A stretch of 61,124 nucleotides of DNA, filler included. It is 5 parts of 5 records of this genome, joined end to end, with 100 filler letters (N's around TTAATTAATTAA, not from the genome) between each part and the next. Parts side by side here need not be neighbours in the genome. Positions count along the whole stretch, not along the records: positions 46,620 to 56,230 come from SRR20825010_1062; positions 56,331 to 61,124 come from SRR20825010_1066; 3 more parts are not named here. One strand, given 5' to 3'. The translations under genes and the position numbers were made by a program. Shown here piece after piece: positions 48,461 to 58,570 of this stretch. The notes below the pieces were generated by a model that saw only the letters and a program-made list of their open reading frames with translations, ran no database searches and was not told where the DNA came from. Each line of letters opens with the position of its first letter. Position 1 is the first letter of the stretch.

Positions 48461-49219
48461 TTACGCCTCTATCACCATGCCGTCATAGGCCGGTTCGACG
48501 CCGTCGGGCAGTTCCTTGAGCAATGTCTGGTAATCCAGGTCGACATGCATATTCGTTAGGATGGCGCGCCGCGGTTTAAGCCGCTCGATCCATTTAAGCG
48601 CGGTTTCGAGGTTCACATGCGTCGGATGCGGCGTATAGCGCATCGCATCAACAATCCAGGTATCGACGCCGTTAAGGATTTCAAATCCGTGATCGTCGAG
48701 ATTGACGAGATCGTTTGAATAGCCGATTTTCCCCATGCGAAAGCCAAGGCTCGTGATGCTGCCATGATCCTGATCGAACGGAATAAAGTCGATGTCGCCG
48801 ATGCGGAACGGCCCGTTAATATAATGTTCCTGTAATATCGCCGGATACGGATTGCTGCCTTCCTGACGGAAGCAATAGTCGAAGCGCCGCATCAGGGTAT
48901 CGAGGGTTTTCTGATCGCTCCAGACGTTAACGCGTTCGCGGTTGCGAATGGCGAGCACGCGAAGCTCATCAATCCCGTGGCATTGATCGGCATGTTCATG
49001 GGTCCAGACGACCGCATCGAGCTTGCCAATATCTGCATCCAGAAGCTGCTCACGGATATCCGGCGAGGTATCGATCAGGACCGTCGTCTCCTTCTCCTTC
49101 ACCAGGATCGAGCAGCGGCGGCGGCGGTTTTTTGGTTCATTTGGATCGCAGGCGCCCCAGTCATTGCCGATGCGCGGAACCCCGCCGGAGGTGCCGCAGC
49201 CGAGGATCGTCACTTCCAT
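48461..49219 (-). CDS. MBL-fold metallo-hydrolase (PhnP-like)
   Basis: LGCGTSGGVP, THEHADQCHG, HPTH, AYDG. Confidence 0.92.
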   Translation of the reverse strand: MEVTILGCGTSGGVPRIGNDWGACDPNEPKNRRRRCSILVKEKETTVLIDTSPDIREQLLDADIGKLDAVVWTHEHADQCHGIDELRVLAIRNRERVNVWSDQKTLDTLMRRFDYCFRQEGSNPYPAILQEHYINGPFRIGDIDFIPFDQDHGSITSLGFRMGKIGYSNDLVNLDDHGFEILNGVDTWIVDAMRYTPHPTHVNLETALKWIERLKPRRAILTNMHVDLDYQTLLKELPDGVEPAYDGMVIEA

Positions 49220-50004
49220 TAGAGTTTCCGTTCTATCTTATTGAAAAGGTTAAAGAAATTATCCGTCGTGATGGTGCCGAGCCGGTCTGGGTCCAACCCT
49301 TTGAGTTCGGCGACTTTGGCGGCCGTATGGGCAACGAAGGACGGCTCATTCGTCTTGCCACGCTTCGGCACCGGCGCGAGATACGGGCTATCCGTCTCAA
49401 CCAGTAATCTCTCGACAGGTATGTTTCGGACATGCTCGCGGAGTTCCTCGGCGGGCTTAAAGGTCACAATTCCGGAAATGGAGATATAAAATCCAATTTC
49501 CATCGATTTTTCAGCAACTTCCCATCCGGAACTAAAGCAATGGATAACCCCTGTGAAAGGCCCCTTCTCATACTCTTCATGCAAAATCTTAACAGTGTCC
49601 GCATCGGCATCGCGCGTATGCACGATGATCGGCAGGCCCGTCTCTCGCGCGGCTTCGATGTGCAAGCGGAAGGATTTTTTCTGTAATTCCCGCGGTGCAT
49701 GTTCATAGAAATAATCAAGGCCCGTTTCGCCAATCCCGACGACTTTCGGATGCGACGCCAATTCTATCAGCTTGGCCGCTGTGACCTCATCGCCTTCGCT
49801 TTCCGCCTCATGCGGGTGCACCCCGACGGAACAATGGATATCGTCATATTTCTCGGCAATGGCCCGTACGGTGTCAAACTCACGAAGTTTCGTCCCGATG
49901 GTCAGCATATGGCCGACGCCGACCTCCCTCGCCCGCGCGACGACATCGTCTAGCTGGCTGGAAAGCTGTTCAAAGTTCAAATGGCAATGGCTATCGACTA
50001 ACAT
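49219..50004 (-). CDS. tatD: TatD-family deoxyribonuclease
   Basis: DSHCH, GVHPH, GETGLDY, IHCFS, ETDSPYLAP. Confidence 0.93.
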   Translation of the reverse strand: MLVDSHCHLNFEQLSSQLDDVVARAREVGVGHMLTIGTKLREFDTVRAIAEKYDDIHCSVGVHPHEAESEGDEVTAAKLIELASHPKVVGIGETGLDYFYEHAPRELQKKSFRLHIEAARETGLPIIVHTRDADADTVKILHEEYEKGPFTGVIHCFSSGWEVAEKSMEIGFYISISGIVTFKPAEELREHVRNIPVERLLVETDSPYLAPVPKRGKTNEPSFVAHTAAKVAELKGLDPDRLGTITTDNFFNLFNKIERKL

Positions 50005-50021
50005 CAACTATCCGATTGTTC

Positions 50022-51128
50022 CTATTGTGATCTGCCCATGCGTTCTACATTCAAAAACAGGTTGAGTACAACCTGTTTGCGGTCGAGATTGATTGAATCC
50101 GCTCTTTTAATCAACTCATTCCCTTGTTCCCAAAGCTCGGCCCAGGCAGACGGCTGATGATGGGAGATCATCCGTCTCATAATATCCGCTTCACCGGGAA
50201 CGAGGGTATTGCCGGTGAAATTTTCACTGGCGGCGCGCACAAGCCGGGTCAGCCACCAGGGATAAATCTCGCAGACACTCCGGTATCTTGTCTCACCATC
50301 CTTCAGGCCGCTCTTGTCCGCCAATGCGTGCAGTTTCTCGGCGTCAAGACGGGGGTATTCCTTAAAAATATCAAGCAGAGCGGTAAAGATTTCAAGCCCT
50401 CCCGCCTCCAGCAGGCGAAGCGCCTTTCCGGGGCTTCCCTCCGCGAGGGTCAACAGCATATCAAGCTGTTCCGGTGACAGGGTTTCAGCGTGCGGCGCCA
50501 GGACTTTTCTCATATTCGCGTTATCAAGGGGGCGCAGCGCAAGCTGGCGGCAGCGGGAGCGGATGGTTGGGAGCAGGCCCGCCGGAGTGTGTGAAAGCAA
50601 CAGGAACAGCGTTTTCTTCGGCGGCTCTTCCAATGTTTTCAAGATTGCATTGGCGGCGCTTGGGTTCATATCATCAACGGAATCAATGATGACGATCCGC
50701 CAGCTTCCTTCGGAGGCCGTAAGTTGGAAAAACGGGCTCAGGGCCCGGACATCGTCGACACGGATAGCCGTATAGAATTTCTTGCCCTTGGTATCATATT
50801 CCCGCCGGAGAGCCGCAAGACCGGGGTGCGATCCCGCATGTATCAACGCAAGTGCCGGGTCGTCCCCTGGCACATCGAGGGTCTCGGGCGGGCCGAACAG
50901 CCCCCCTCCTCCACTTGCTTGGGCACTCAACAGGAACTTTGCCGCGCGATAGGCGAAGGTTGCCTTGCCGACACCTCTGGCGCCCGTGATCAACCAGGCA
51001 TGATGAAACCGATCGCTTTGCGAATTCTCTAGGAACCGTGCCTCCGCCGCCTCATGGCCGATGAGATGCTCCGTATCTTTCGGATGCGGGAATCCCTCCA
51101 GCTTGTCGGATTGCGGTAAGTCACTCAC
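50022..51128 (-). CDS. holB: DNA polymerase III delta' subunit
   Basis: HAWLITGARGVGKAT, AANAILKTLEEPP, LLPTIRSRC; follows tmk. Confidence 0.94.
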   Translation of the reverse strand: MSDLPQSDKLEGFPHPKDTEHLIGHEAAEARFLENSQSDRFHHAWLITGARGVGKATFAYRAAKFLLSAQASGGGGLFGPPETLDVPGDDPALALIHAGSHPGLAALRREYDTKGKKFYTAIRVDDVRALSPFFQLTASEGSWRIVIIDSVDDMNPSAANAILKTLEEPPKKTLFLLLSHTPAGLLPTIRSRCRQLALRPLDNANMRKVLAPHAETLSPEQLDMLLTLAEGSPGKALRLLEAGGLEIFTALLDIFKEYPRLDAEKLHALADKSGLKDGETRYRSVCEIYPWWLTRLVRAASENFTGNTLVPGEADIMRRMISHHQPSAWAELWEQGNELIKRADSINLDRKQVVLNLFLNVERMGRSQ

Positions 51129-51766
51129 GACATCAGCCGCGCCGTCAGAATATCGCGCAGCTCCTGCTGGATGTCATCGACGGAGCGTGTCGCGTCAATA
51201 AGGACGCAACGATCCGGGTTCTGCCGCGCAATACTCTGAAAACCGTCGCGGAGCCGCTCGTGAAACTCAAGGTCCATCTTCTCGAAGCGGTCTTCGTTAT
51301 GGGTGCGCCCCGTGGTACGACGAAGCCCCTCCTCTGCTGGCAGGTCGAAAATAAAGGTTAGATCCGGCACAAAGCTGCCGACCGTGAAATCATGGATTTT
51401 CTGAACGGCGTCCTCGCCGAGCTGATTGCCGTATCCCTGATAGGCCATGGTGGAATCCGCAAATCGATCGGAGAGAACCCAGCGACCTGTATCGAGGGCG
51501 GGCCAGATCGTGAGGCGCAGGTGATTTCTGCGGGAGGCATAGAAAAGCAATGTTTCCCCGATGGCATCCCAACGCTCCGGTTCTCCCGTCAGAATGAGCT
51601 CCCGGATTTCATCCGCGCCCGGTGCGCCGCCTGGCTCCCGCGTGAGCAGGCAATTGGTTTCTTTTGCTTGCAGAAATTCCGCGAGAAGACGGCTTTGCGT
51701 GGATTTTCCGCTTCCGTCCCCACCTTCAAGCGTGATGAATTTTCCGGAGCGCTTCGTCGTTTGCAT
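51125..51766 (-). CDS. tmk: Thymidylate kinase
   Basis: FITLEGGDGSGKSTQ, TREPGG, DRFADSTMAYQG. Confidence 0.96.
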   Translation of the reverse strand: MQTTKRSGKFITLEGGDGSGKSTQSRLLAEFLQAKETNCLLTREPGGAPGADEIRELILTGEPERWDAIGETLLFYASRRNHLRLTIWPALDTGRWVLSDRFADSTMAYQGYGNQLGEDAVQKIHDFTVGSFVPDLTFIFDLPAEEGLRRTTGRTHNEDRFEKMDLEFHERLRDGFQSIARQNPDRCVLIDATRSVDDIQQELRDILTARLMS

Positions 51767-51781
51767 CCTGCTTGCTTCGGC

Positions 51782-52963
51782 CTAGTTTGAGGAGGGGCCG
51801 AAAACGAGGTACTCCACGGCCGACGTCAGGCGCTTGAAGGCGCCGGGCCGGGTAATATCCTCAGTCGCGATCAGCGGGACTGTTACTGTTTCCAGCTCCG
51901 GGCCCTCCACGACCAGTTGGGCCACCGGTGTTCCTTTGATGATCGGCGCAGGGATCGGTTCGTTATAGACGACTTTTACCGTCATGGATTTGCGCGCTGC
52001 CCGCGAGAGGGTCACCGTCAGATCGGATTCCACGGTGAGCGGGACCGTATCTTCATTTCCCAGCCAGACCCGGGCATTATCAACAACATCTCCGGCCTTG
52101 AACAGGGCGTAGTTATTGAATTCCCGAAAGGCCCATTCCATCAGCCGCTCGGATTCGCGGCTGCGTGCCTTTGCATTTTCAAGTCCGTTGACCACAACAA
52201 TGATCCGCCGTCCATCCCGTTCCGCCGAGCCGACGAGGCCATAGCCGGATTCTTCCGTATGGCCAGTTTTGAGGCCATCTGATCCGTTGTTCTTATACAG
52301 TAGAGGGTTGCGATTCCCCTGCTTGATTTCGCTGAAAGTGAAGTCTTTTTCGGCAAATATCGGGTAGTATTCGGGAAAATCCTGAATGATATGCTTTGCC
52401 AGCAAACCGAGTTCCCGCGCTGTCATTTTATGGTTCGGGTCCGGCCAACCTGTCGCATTCCGGAAGGTGCTTTTTTCAAGGCCCAGCTCCCGCGCACGCG
52501 ACGTCATGGCCTCGGCAAAGCCTTCCTCCGACCCGCCAAGCCCTTCGGCAACCACGATGCAGGCGTCATTTCCGGACTGAACGATGATCCCGCGCAGCAG
52601 GTCACCCACAGCAACCCGGGTATCCACCTCGACAAACATTTTCGATCCGCCTTTTTTCCAGGCTTTCTCGCTGACGGGCAGCGTATCCTCAAGCTTGAGG
52701 GATCCTTCCTTCAGACGCTCAAACACCATGGTCACGGTCATCAGCTTGCTCATCGAGGCTGGCGACATCAGCTCATCGGCATTTTTTTCCAGAAGCACCG
52801 CGCCGGTATTCATGTCAAAGACGAAGGCCTCCCGCGCCGGGGTTTCAATGCTTTGCGCCGCCGCGCTGCCTGCATAAAGCGCGAGGCAGAGGCATAGGGC
52901 GGAGAAAAATGTCGTTGGTGAAGTTCTGTGTGTCATAGCACTCATGCTTTCGGTTTGTCTCAT
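51782..52963 (-). CDS. dacA: D-alanyl-D-alanine carboxypeptidase (PBP5/6)
   Basis: PASMSKLM, SGNDA, GLKTGHT. Confidence 0.93.
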   Translation of the reverse strand: MRQTESMSAMTHRTSPTTFFSALCLCLALYAGSAAAQSIETPAREAFVFDMNTGAVLLEKNADELMSPASMSKLMTVTMVFERLKEGSLKLEDTLPVSEKAWKKGGSKMFVEVDTRVAVGDLLRGIIVQSGNDACIVVAEGLGGSEEGFAEAMTSRARELGLEKSTFRNATGWPDPNHKMTARELGLLAKHIIQDFPEYYPIFAEKDFTFSEIKQGNRNPLLYKNNGSDGLKTGHTEESGYGLVGSAERDGRRIIVVVNGLENAKARSRESERLMEWAFREFNNYALFKAGDVVDNARVWLGNEDTVPLTVESDLTVTLSRAARKSMTVKVVYNEPIPAPIIKGTPVAQLVVEGPELETVTVPLIATEDITRPGAFKRLTSAVEYLVFGPSSN

Positions 52964-53041
52964 TCTTATTCTTAGGTTGATGGCAGCCAGCCGATTTCCG
53001 GGTTTTTTCCTAATACGGTAATTTGGCCAGTTTATGACCGG

Positions 53042-54079
53042 TTACTCGATAATAATCCGGGCATCCGTATGGCCGGTATTAATCAGGTTTTCCAGCACCT
53101 GATCTGCTCTGGCAATGTCCTGAACAGGGCCTAAGCGTACCCGGTAAAAATCCTGACCGTTTACCAGCACCTGGCTTACCTTCGTCGGTCCCATCGTCGA
53201 GAGCCGCGCACTCAAAACATTGGCGTTGTTATAGTCGACAAATGCGCCCGCTTGTATAAAAATTTCACTTTCCGTAATTGGGGCGGCGCTTACCACGGGG
53301 GATGGCGCGCTATAAGGCGCTGATGAGGCGACTTGCGTCTCTGCCGGCGTAACCGTTGGCGCGGGAAGCTGTTCCACTTTCGGCAATGGTGCGGCCGTGA
53401 TATTCGGTGGCGGTGCAAGCGTGCCTGAGACTATCTTGGCCTGCGGTGCGGCGGCAACGTTGTTTTTCTCACTCACCGGTGTTTCCGGCTTGGCGATGAT
53501 GGACTGATCCAGGTTATCGCCGCCGTTAATGACCTGAACGCGGACCTTTGCGGTCCCCTTCTCCACCATGCCAAGAAGCTGGGCTCCCCGATAGGACATA
53601 TCAATGATCCGCGAATGGGCGAACGGGCCGCGATCATTGACCGTCACGATAATGGAGCGGCCGTTTTCCAGGTTCGTCACCCGTACATCGGTTGGAAGCG
53701 GCAGCGTCTTATGGGCGGCGGTGAGTTGATGCATATCGTAAACCGCACCATTGGCGGTCTTGCGGCCATGGAACGGCTCCCCATACCATGAAGCGATGCC
53801 GGTCTCGTCATACGCGTTATCCACTTTTGGATAATACCAGATGCCCGCCACCTCATAGGGCTTGCCAATCTTGGACTCGCCGCGATCGATGCCGTTGTTA
53901 CCGACAGCAGAGTTACTCTTCTCATGGGAGGCGTGATACTTTTTTGCCCCATAGCTGAGCAGATTAACCTCGGAGCAGCCCCCGATCAGCAGTGTCGTTG
54001 CAAGAATGGCCAAAATTCTGGTATTGGGGATTAATTGCTTCATGGTACTGATACCTTTTACGCTACGCTTAACAAACAT
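53042..54079 (-). CDS. rlpA: Septal ring lytic transglycosylase RlpA (lipoprotein, SPOR domain)
   Basis: GIASWYG, TAAHKTLPLP, VNDRGPF, C-terminal IQAGAF...YRVRLGP. Confidence 0.94.
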   Translation of the reverse strand: MFVKRSVKGISTMKQLIPNTRILAILATTLLIGGCSEVNLLSYGAKKYHASHEKSNSAVGNNGIDRGESKIGKPYEVAGIWYYPKVDNAYDETGIASWYGEPFHGRKTANGAVYDMHQLTAAHKTLPLPTDVRVTNLENGRSIIVTVNDRGPFAHSRIIDMSYRGAQLLGMVEKGTAKVRVQVINGGDNLDQSIIAKPETPVSEKNNVAAAPQAKIVSGTLAPPPNITAAPLPKVEQLPAPTVTPAETQVASSAPYSAPSPVVSAAPITESEIFIQAGAFVDYNNANVLSARLSTMGPTKVSQVLVNGQDFYRVRLGPVQDIARADQVLENLINTGHTDARIIIE

Positions 54080-55066
54080 TTATCCGTCTCCGATCAGATC
54101 GGCGAGCTGGCCGACGGACATCGCAAAATACGTTGATCGGTTCCATTTCAGAATTGTCCGGTAATTATCATACACCAGGAACGTCTGCCCGTTGCCACCC
54201 TTGGGCTGCACCAGCGACCCGACAAGCTGGCGAGAGGGAAGCGGGCTGCCGTCGGCCTTGGTCACACCAAGTGTCTCCCACTCATCCATGGATTTGGCGA
54301 CTTTAAGGTCAACAAGGGAGAGGTCGAAATTTTTTGGCAATCGGACCTCCCTGCCCCATGTCTGGTCATATTTCCAACCCGACCGCGACAGATAATTGGC
54401 GGCGGAGGCAAAGACATCGGCCTTTGTCGTCCATATATCGCGGCGCCCGTCTGCGTCATAGTCAACGGCGAAATTGACGAAGCTCGACGGCATGAATTGC
54501 GACTGTCCCATCGCCCCGGCCCAGGAGCCCTTCATATCCGCAAGGGCAATATGGTTCTCATCAAGGATTTTGAGTGCGAGCAGCAATTCTTTTCGGAAAT
54601 AGGCCGCGCGGCGGTTGTCATAGGCAAGTGTTGTAAGGGCATCAATCACGCTGAACCCGCCGGTATATTTGCCATAGCGGGTCTCGACCCCCCAAAGGGC
54701 CACAATAAACCGGGGCTGCACGCCGAATTTGCGGCCCACTTCCTCCAGCACGGCGCGGTTCTGATTAAGCATGGCCTTGCCGGAATCGATGAGGGATTTT
54801 GGCAGCCTCTGCGCCATATATTTCTGGAAAGTCTGGACAACCTCGGGCTGCTTACGGTCCAGCTTGACGACCTTCTCGATCAGCTTGACGTTGGCGAAGG
54901 CGTCATCAATCGTCGCCTGGCTGATGCCGTTCTCCCGCGCTTCGGCCTTCAGCTTGGGCAGCCATTGATCGAACGGTTCTTGCGCGGCAAAACTCGGTGT
55001 TGAAATAGCTATTAAGAAAATGCCGACCAAAGAGAAGATAAAATTACGCGCCGATTTCTTTACCAT
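54080..55066 (-). CDS. Lytic murein transglycosylase (MltB family)
   Basis: ALWGVETRYG, GSWAGAMGQSQFMPSS, WNRSTYFA. Confidence 0.93.
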   Translation of the reverse strand: MVKKSARNFIFSLVGIFLIAISTPSFAAQEPFDQWLPKLKAEARENGISQATIDDAFANVKLIEKVVKLDRKQPEVVQTFQKYMAQRLPKSLIDSGKAMLNQNRAVLEEVGRKFGVQPRFIVALWGVETRYGKYTGGFSVIDALTTLAYDNRRAAYFRKELLLALKILDENHIALADMKGSWAGAMGQSQFMPSSFVNFAVDYDADGRRDIWTTKADVFASAANYLSRSGWKYDQTWGREVRLPKNFDLSLVDLKVAKSMDEWETLGVTKADGSPLPSRQLVGSLVQPKGGNGQTFLVYDNYRTILKWNRSTYFAMSVGQLADLIGDG

Positions 55067-55288
55067 TGGAACTCCGATTTACTGATCTCTCCTTTTTGCC
55101 ACAAATTCTGCGGATTCGCAACGGTTTCAGGCAGAAAAGACTTGATTTTTGCCGTGCTTTAAATGTGCCTGGGGAAATACGGAATTTAAAATCAAATATA
55201 TTGACAGCACCGGGCCGGAACTTTAAACGATCAGGACTATTCGCAGCCGCAAGGGTCCGTGCATCGGCGCCTCACCGGGATCGTGTAT

Positions 55289-55378
55289 GGAGGGTTGGCA
55301 GAGCGGTTGAATGCACTGGTCTTGAAAACCAGCAAGGGTGCAAGCCCTTCCGGGGTTCGAATCCCCGACCCTCCGCCA
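55289..55378 (+). tRNA. tRNA-Ser (anticodon TGA)
   Basis: GGAGGGT/ACCCTCC acceptor stem, CTGGT-CTTGAAA-ACCAG anticodon arm, long variable arm, GGTTCGAATCC, GCCA end. Confidence 0.96.
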
Positions 55379-55486
55379 TTTTGTCCTTCAGGTTAGCAAG
55401 TTTTTTCCCCTAACCTTTTGGTAATTATATCAATTCTGGTTTTAGCTCAAAACCCCGATCTCGTATAAAACGTGGTTGGCGGGCCT

Positions 55487-55509
55487 CTGGTACAGAAAAC
55501 TGGTACAGA
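55487..55509 (+). repeat. Tandem direct repeat CTGGTACAGA x2, probable integrase arm-type sites
   Basis: Identical 10-mers at 55487 and 55500, between tRNA and integrase start. Confidence 0.6.
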
Positions 55510-55521
55510 GAAGGTCCGGTT

Positions 55522-56230
55522 ATGGGCGAATATCGACTTGATTATTTGGTGCGGCGGGGCCGTCGGTTCTACTTCCGAAGGGCTGTTCCGCCTTCCCTTA
55601 TTCCGTATTTGAATAAATCGGAAATCAAGCTATCGTTGCGAACGGATCAACCGGATGTCGCAAGGAGGCGGTGCCGGTCCGTCACAAATATCTTCGAGCG
55701 GTTTTTTGAGAATTACGCGAGCATGTCCGAACTTCCGGCAAATGTTATCAACAGGATCATCCGGGATTATTTCGCGGAGGCCCTCAAAAGTGCGCAGGTG
55801 ATTGTCAAGGAAAGCTTGGGGGATCCATTTCCCGGTATTGATGTCGAGGATGAAATCACCGGTACCGAAGAATATATCAAATCCTTGAAAGCTGAGTTGG
55901 CGAGCCGGAACTTCACATCGGTAACGAAACATGCAGCCGAGGAGGAAACGTCAAAGGCTGGATATCCCATTCCCGGGAGACTTACGGACAGTTTCGACGA
56001 TCTTTGTGAGGGAATTGTCCGGGCCAAAATAGAGCAGTGCCGGATTTACGTCTCGATGTTGTCTGGAAACTATGACGAGATCGAACCCAAGGACATGTTG
56101 TTCAAGGGGCCTGCCTCGAATGTTTTTGGTCAGCCCGCAGAATACAGTCCTTCCGTCCAAACCGTCGGGGAACTGACGGCAAAATTCATCAGCCTGAAGT
56201 CGGCGAATGAATGGACACAGAAAACGGTTG
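55522..56230 (+). mobile_element. N-terminal part of a tyrosine integrase (DUF6538-type), start of a tRNA-Ser-integrated element
   Basis: YLVRRGRRFYFRRAVP...EIKLSLRT N-terminal domain; directly downstream of tRNA; truncated before catalytic domain. Confidence 0.78.
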
Positions 56231-56330
56231 NNNNNNNNNNNNNNNNNNNNNNNNNNNNNNNNNNNNNNNNNNNNTTAATTAATTAANNNNNNNNNNNNNN
56301 NNNNNNNNNNNNNNNNNNNNNNNNNNNNNN
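56231..56330. other. Artificial contig linker
   Basis: N44-TTAATTAATTAA-N44. Confidence 0.98.
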
Positions 56331-56332
56331 CC

Positions 56333-58555
56333 TGGATCGACATTTCCACCGGCGCGTTTCGGGTCGCACCCACGCGGCCCGACCGGCTTTTGGCCGATGT
56401 ACTGCGCATCGACCCGCGCGAGCTGATCGTGCCCGAGGCCGTCTATTACGACGAGGCCTTTCGGCCTGCCTTCGATGTTCTGGGACGGGTGGCCAACCCA
56501 CAGCCGGCGAACCTGTTCGATTCCGCCTCCGCCGAAATGCGCCTGACGCGCTTTTATGGCGTGGCGACGCTGGAAGGCTTTGGCCGTTATTCCCGCGCCG
56601 AGCTTTCGGCCATTTCCGGCGCGGTCGCCTATGTGGAGAAGACCCAGAAGGCAGAGCGTCCGCCGCTTGGCCGCCCGGAACGTGATGACGAGGGCGCGAG
56701 CCTGTTCATCGACCCGGCGACCCGCGCCAATCTGGAGCTTGGCCGCACCTTGTCCGGCAGCCGCGAGGGCAGCCTTGCCAAAGCCATCGACCGCACGGTG
56801 ACGGGGGCGGGCAGCCGGCTTTTGTTCGAGCGGCTCATGTCACCGCTCACCGATCCGGAAGCGATTGGCGCGCGGCTCGATGCGGTCTCGTTCTTTCTTT
56901 CCGAGCCGGGCCTGCGCGAAGATGTGCGCCGGCTTTTGAAAGGCGTGCCGGACATCGCCCGCGCGCTCTCGCGGCTGGCGCTCAACCGTGGCGGCCCGCG
57001 CGATCTCGGCGCGCTCGCCTCCGGTTTCGAGGCGGCGCATGGCGTGGCGGAGCTGCTTCAGGGCAGGGACGCGCCTGCGGAGATCGCCGGAGCGCTTTCC
57101 GGAATAGCCGGTCTTCCCATGGATTTTGCCGCCCATCTTGCGCGCGCGCTTTCTGATGAGCTTCCGCTTTTAAAGCGCGACGGCGGGTTCATCCGTGCCG
57201 GCTACAATGACGAGCTCGATGAGATGCGCGCGCTGCGCGACCAGTCGCGCCGGGTGATCGCCGAGATGGAGCGGCAGCTTGCCGAGGAGACGGGCGTCAA
57301 GTCGCTCAAGATCCGGCACAACAATGTGCTCGGCTACTACATTGAGGTCACGGCCAACAATGCCGGCGTGATGACCGGAACGGATGAGGCCAAGGCCCGC
57401 TTCATCCACCGCCAGACCATGGCCAACGCCATGCGCTTCACCACGACGGAACTGGCCGAGCTTGAAACGAAAATCGCCAACGCCGCCGACCGCGCCCTGC
57501 AGATCGAGCTTGGCGTGTTCGACCAGCTGCTGTCGGAAGCAGTGTCCGCCGCCGACCGCATCCGTGCTGCCGCCGATGCGCTGGCGGTGCTCGATGTTTC
57601 GGCCGCACTTGCCGAGCTTGCGGAAGCGGAAAACTATTGCCGCCCGCAGGTGGACGACAGTCTCGACTTCCACATTGAGGGTGGACGGCATCCGGTGGTC
57701 GAGCAGGCGTTGCGCAGGCAATTGGCCGAACCGTTCGTTGCCAATGACTGCGACCTCTCGCCGACAGGTGAAGAGCAGGCGGGCGCGATCTGGCTTCTGA
57801 CAGGCCCGAACATGGGCGGTAAATCGACTTTTCTGCGCCAGAACGCGCTGATCGCGGTGATGGCGCAGATGGGCTCCTTCGTGCCCGCGTCTATTGCCCG
57901 CATCGGCGTGGTGGATCGCCTGTTCAGCCGCGTTGGCGCATCCGACGATCTGGCGCGTGGCCGCTCGACCTTCATGGTAGAGATGGTGGAGACCGCGGCG
58001 ATCCTCAATCAGGCGGGGCCGCGCGCGCTGGTGATCCTCGATGAGATTGGCCGGGGAACAGCGACGTTTGACGGTCTTTCCATTGCCTGGGCAGCGGTCG
58101 AGTATCTGCACGAACAAAACCGCTGCCGGGCGCTCTTCGCCACCCATTTCCACGAGATGACAGCGCTTTCCGAAAAGCTCGGAAGGCTCTCCAATGTCAC
58201 CATGCGGGTGAAGGAATTCGAGGGTGACGTGGTGTTCCTGCACGAGGTGGGACGCGGCGCGGCCGACCGCTCCTACGGCGTACAGGTGGCGAGGCTTGCT
58301 GGCCTGCCCCATGCGGTGGTCGAACGCGCCCGCGAGGTGCTCCAGCAGCTTGAAGAGGGCGAAACCTCCGGCAATGCCTCGAAGCTGATCGATGATCTGC
58401 CGCTCTTCTCGGTGGCGGCAAAACAGGAAGCCAAGGCATCGAAGGCACCTGACCGGCTTGGCGATGAGCTGCAGGCGATCAACCCCGACGACCTGACCCC
58501 GCGCGAGGCGCTGGAGGCGCTTTACCGGCTGAAGCAGATTGCGGCGGAGAAATAG
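56333..58555 (+). CDS. mutS: DNA mismatch repair protein MutS (5' truncated)
   Basis: Frame open from contig start (WIDISTG); [52 protein letters not shown]. Confidence 0.97.
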   Translation, partial: WIDISTGAFRVAPTRPDRLLADVLRIDPRELIVPEAVYYDEAFRPAFDVLGRVANPQPANLFDSASAEMRLTRFYGVATLEGFGRYSRAELSAISGAVAYVEKTQKAERPPLGRPERDDEGASLFIDPATRANLELGRTLSGSREGSLAKAIDRTVTGAGSRLLFERLMSPLTDPEAIGARLDAVSFFLSEPGLREDVRRLLKGVPDIARALSRLALNRGGPRDLGALASGFEAAHGVAELLQGRDAPAEIAGALSGIAGLPMDFAAHLARALSDELPLLKRDGGFIRAGYNDELDEMRALRDQSRRVIAEMERQLAEETGVKSLKIRHNNVLGYYIEVTANNAGVMTGTDEAKARFIHRQTMANAMRFTTTELAELETKIANAADRALQIELGVFDQLLSEAVSAADRIRAAADALAVLDVSAALAELAEAENYCRPQVDDSLDFHIEGGRHPVVEQALRRQLAEPFVANDCDLSPTGEEQAGAIWLLTGPNMGGKSTFLRQNALIAVMAQMGSFVPASIARIGVVDRLFSRVGASDDLARGRSTFMVEMVETAAILNQAGPRALVILDEIGRGTATFDGLSIAWAAVEYLHEQNRCRALFATHFHEMTALSEKLGRLSNVTMRVKEFEGDVVFLHEVGRGAADRSYGVQVARLAGLPHAVVERAREVLQQLEEGETSGNASKLIDDLPLFSVAAKQEAKASKAPDRLGDELQAINPDDLTPREALEALYRLKQIAAEK

Positions 58556-58570
58556 GCTGCTTGCCTCCCC

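Noticed and set aside
46733-50004. mazG, tatD and MBL hydrolase as an anti-phage defence island
   Set aside because: Full-length housekeeping forms in their usual core-genome context
55066-55413. 115-aa ORF overlapping tRNA-Ser
   Set aside because: Spans the tRNA and its promoter region; spurious
57170-58312. 380-aa ORF antisense to mutS
   Set aside because: Shadow frame of a GC-rich conserved gene; no recognisable motifs
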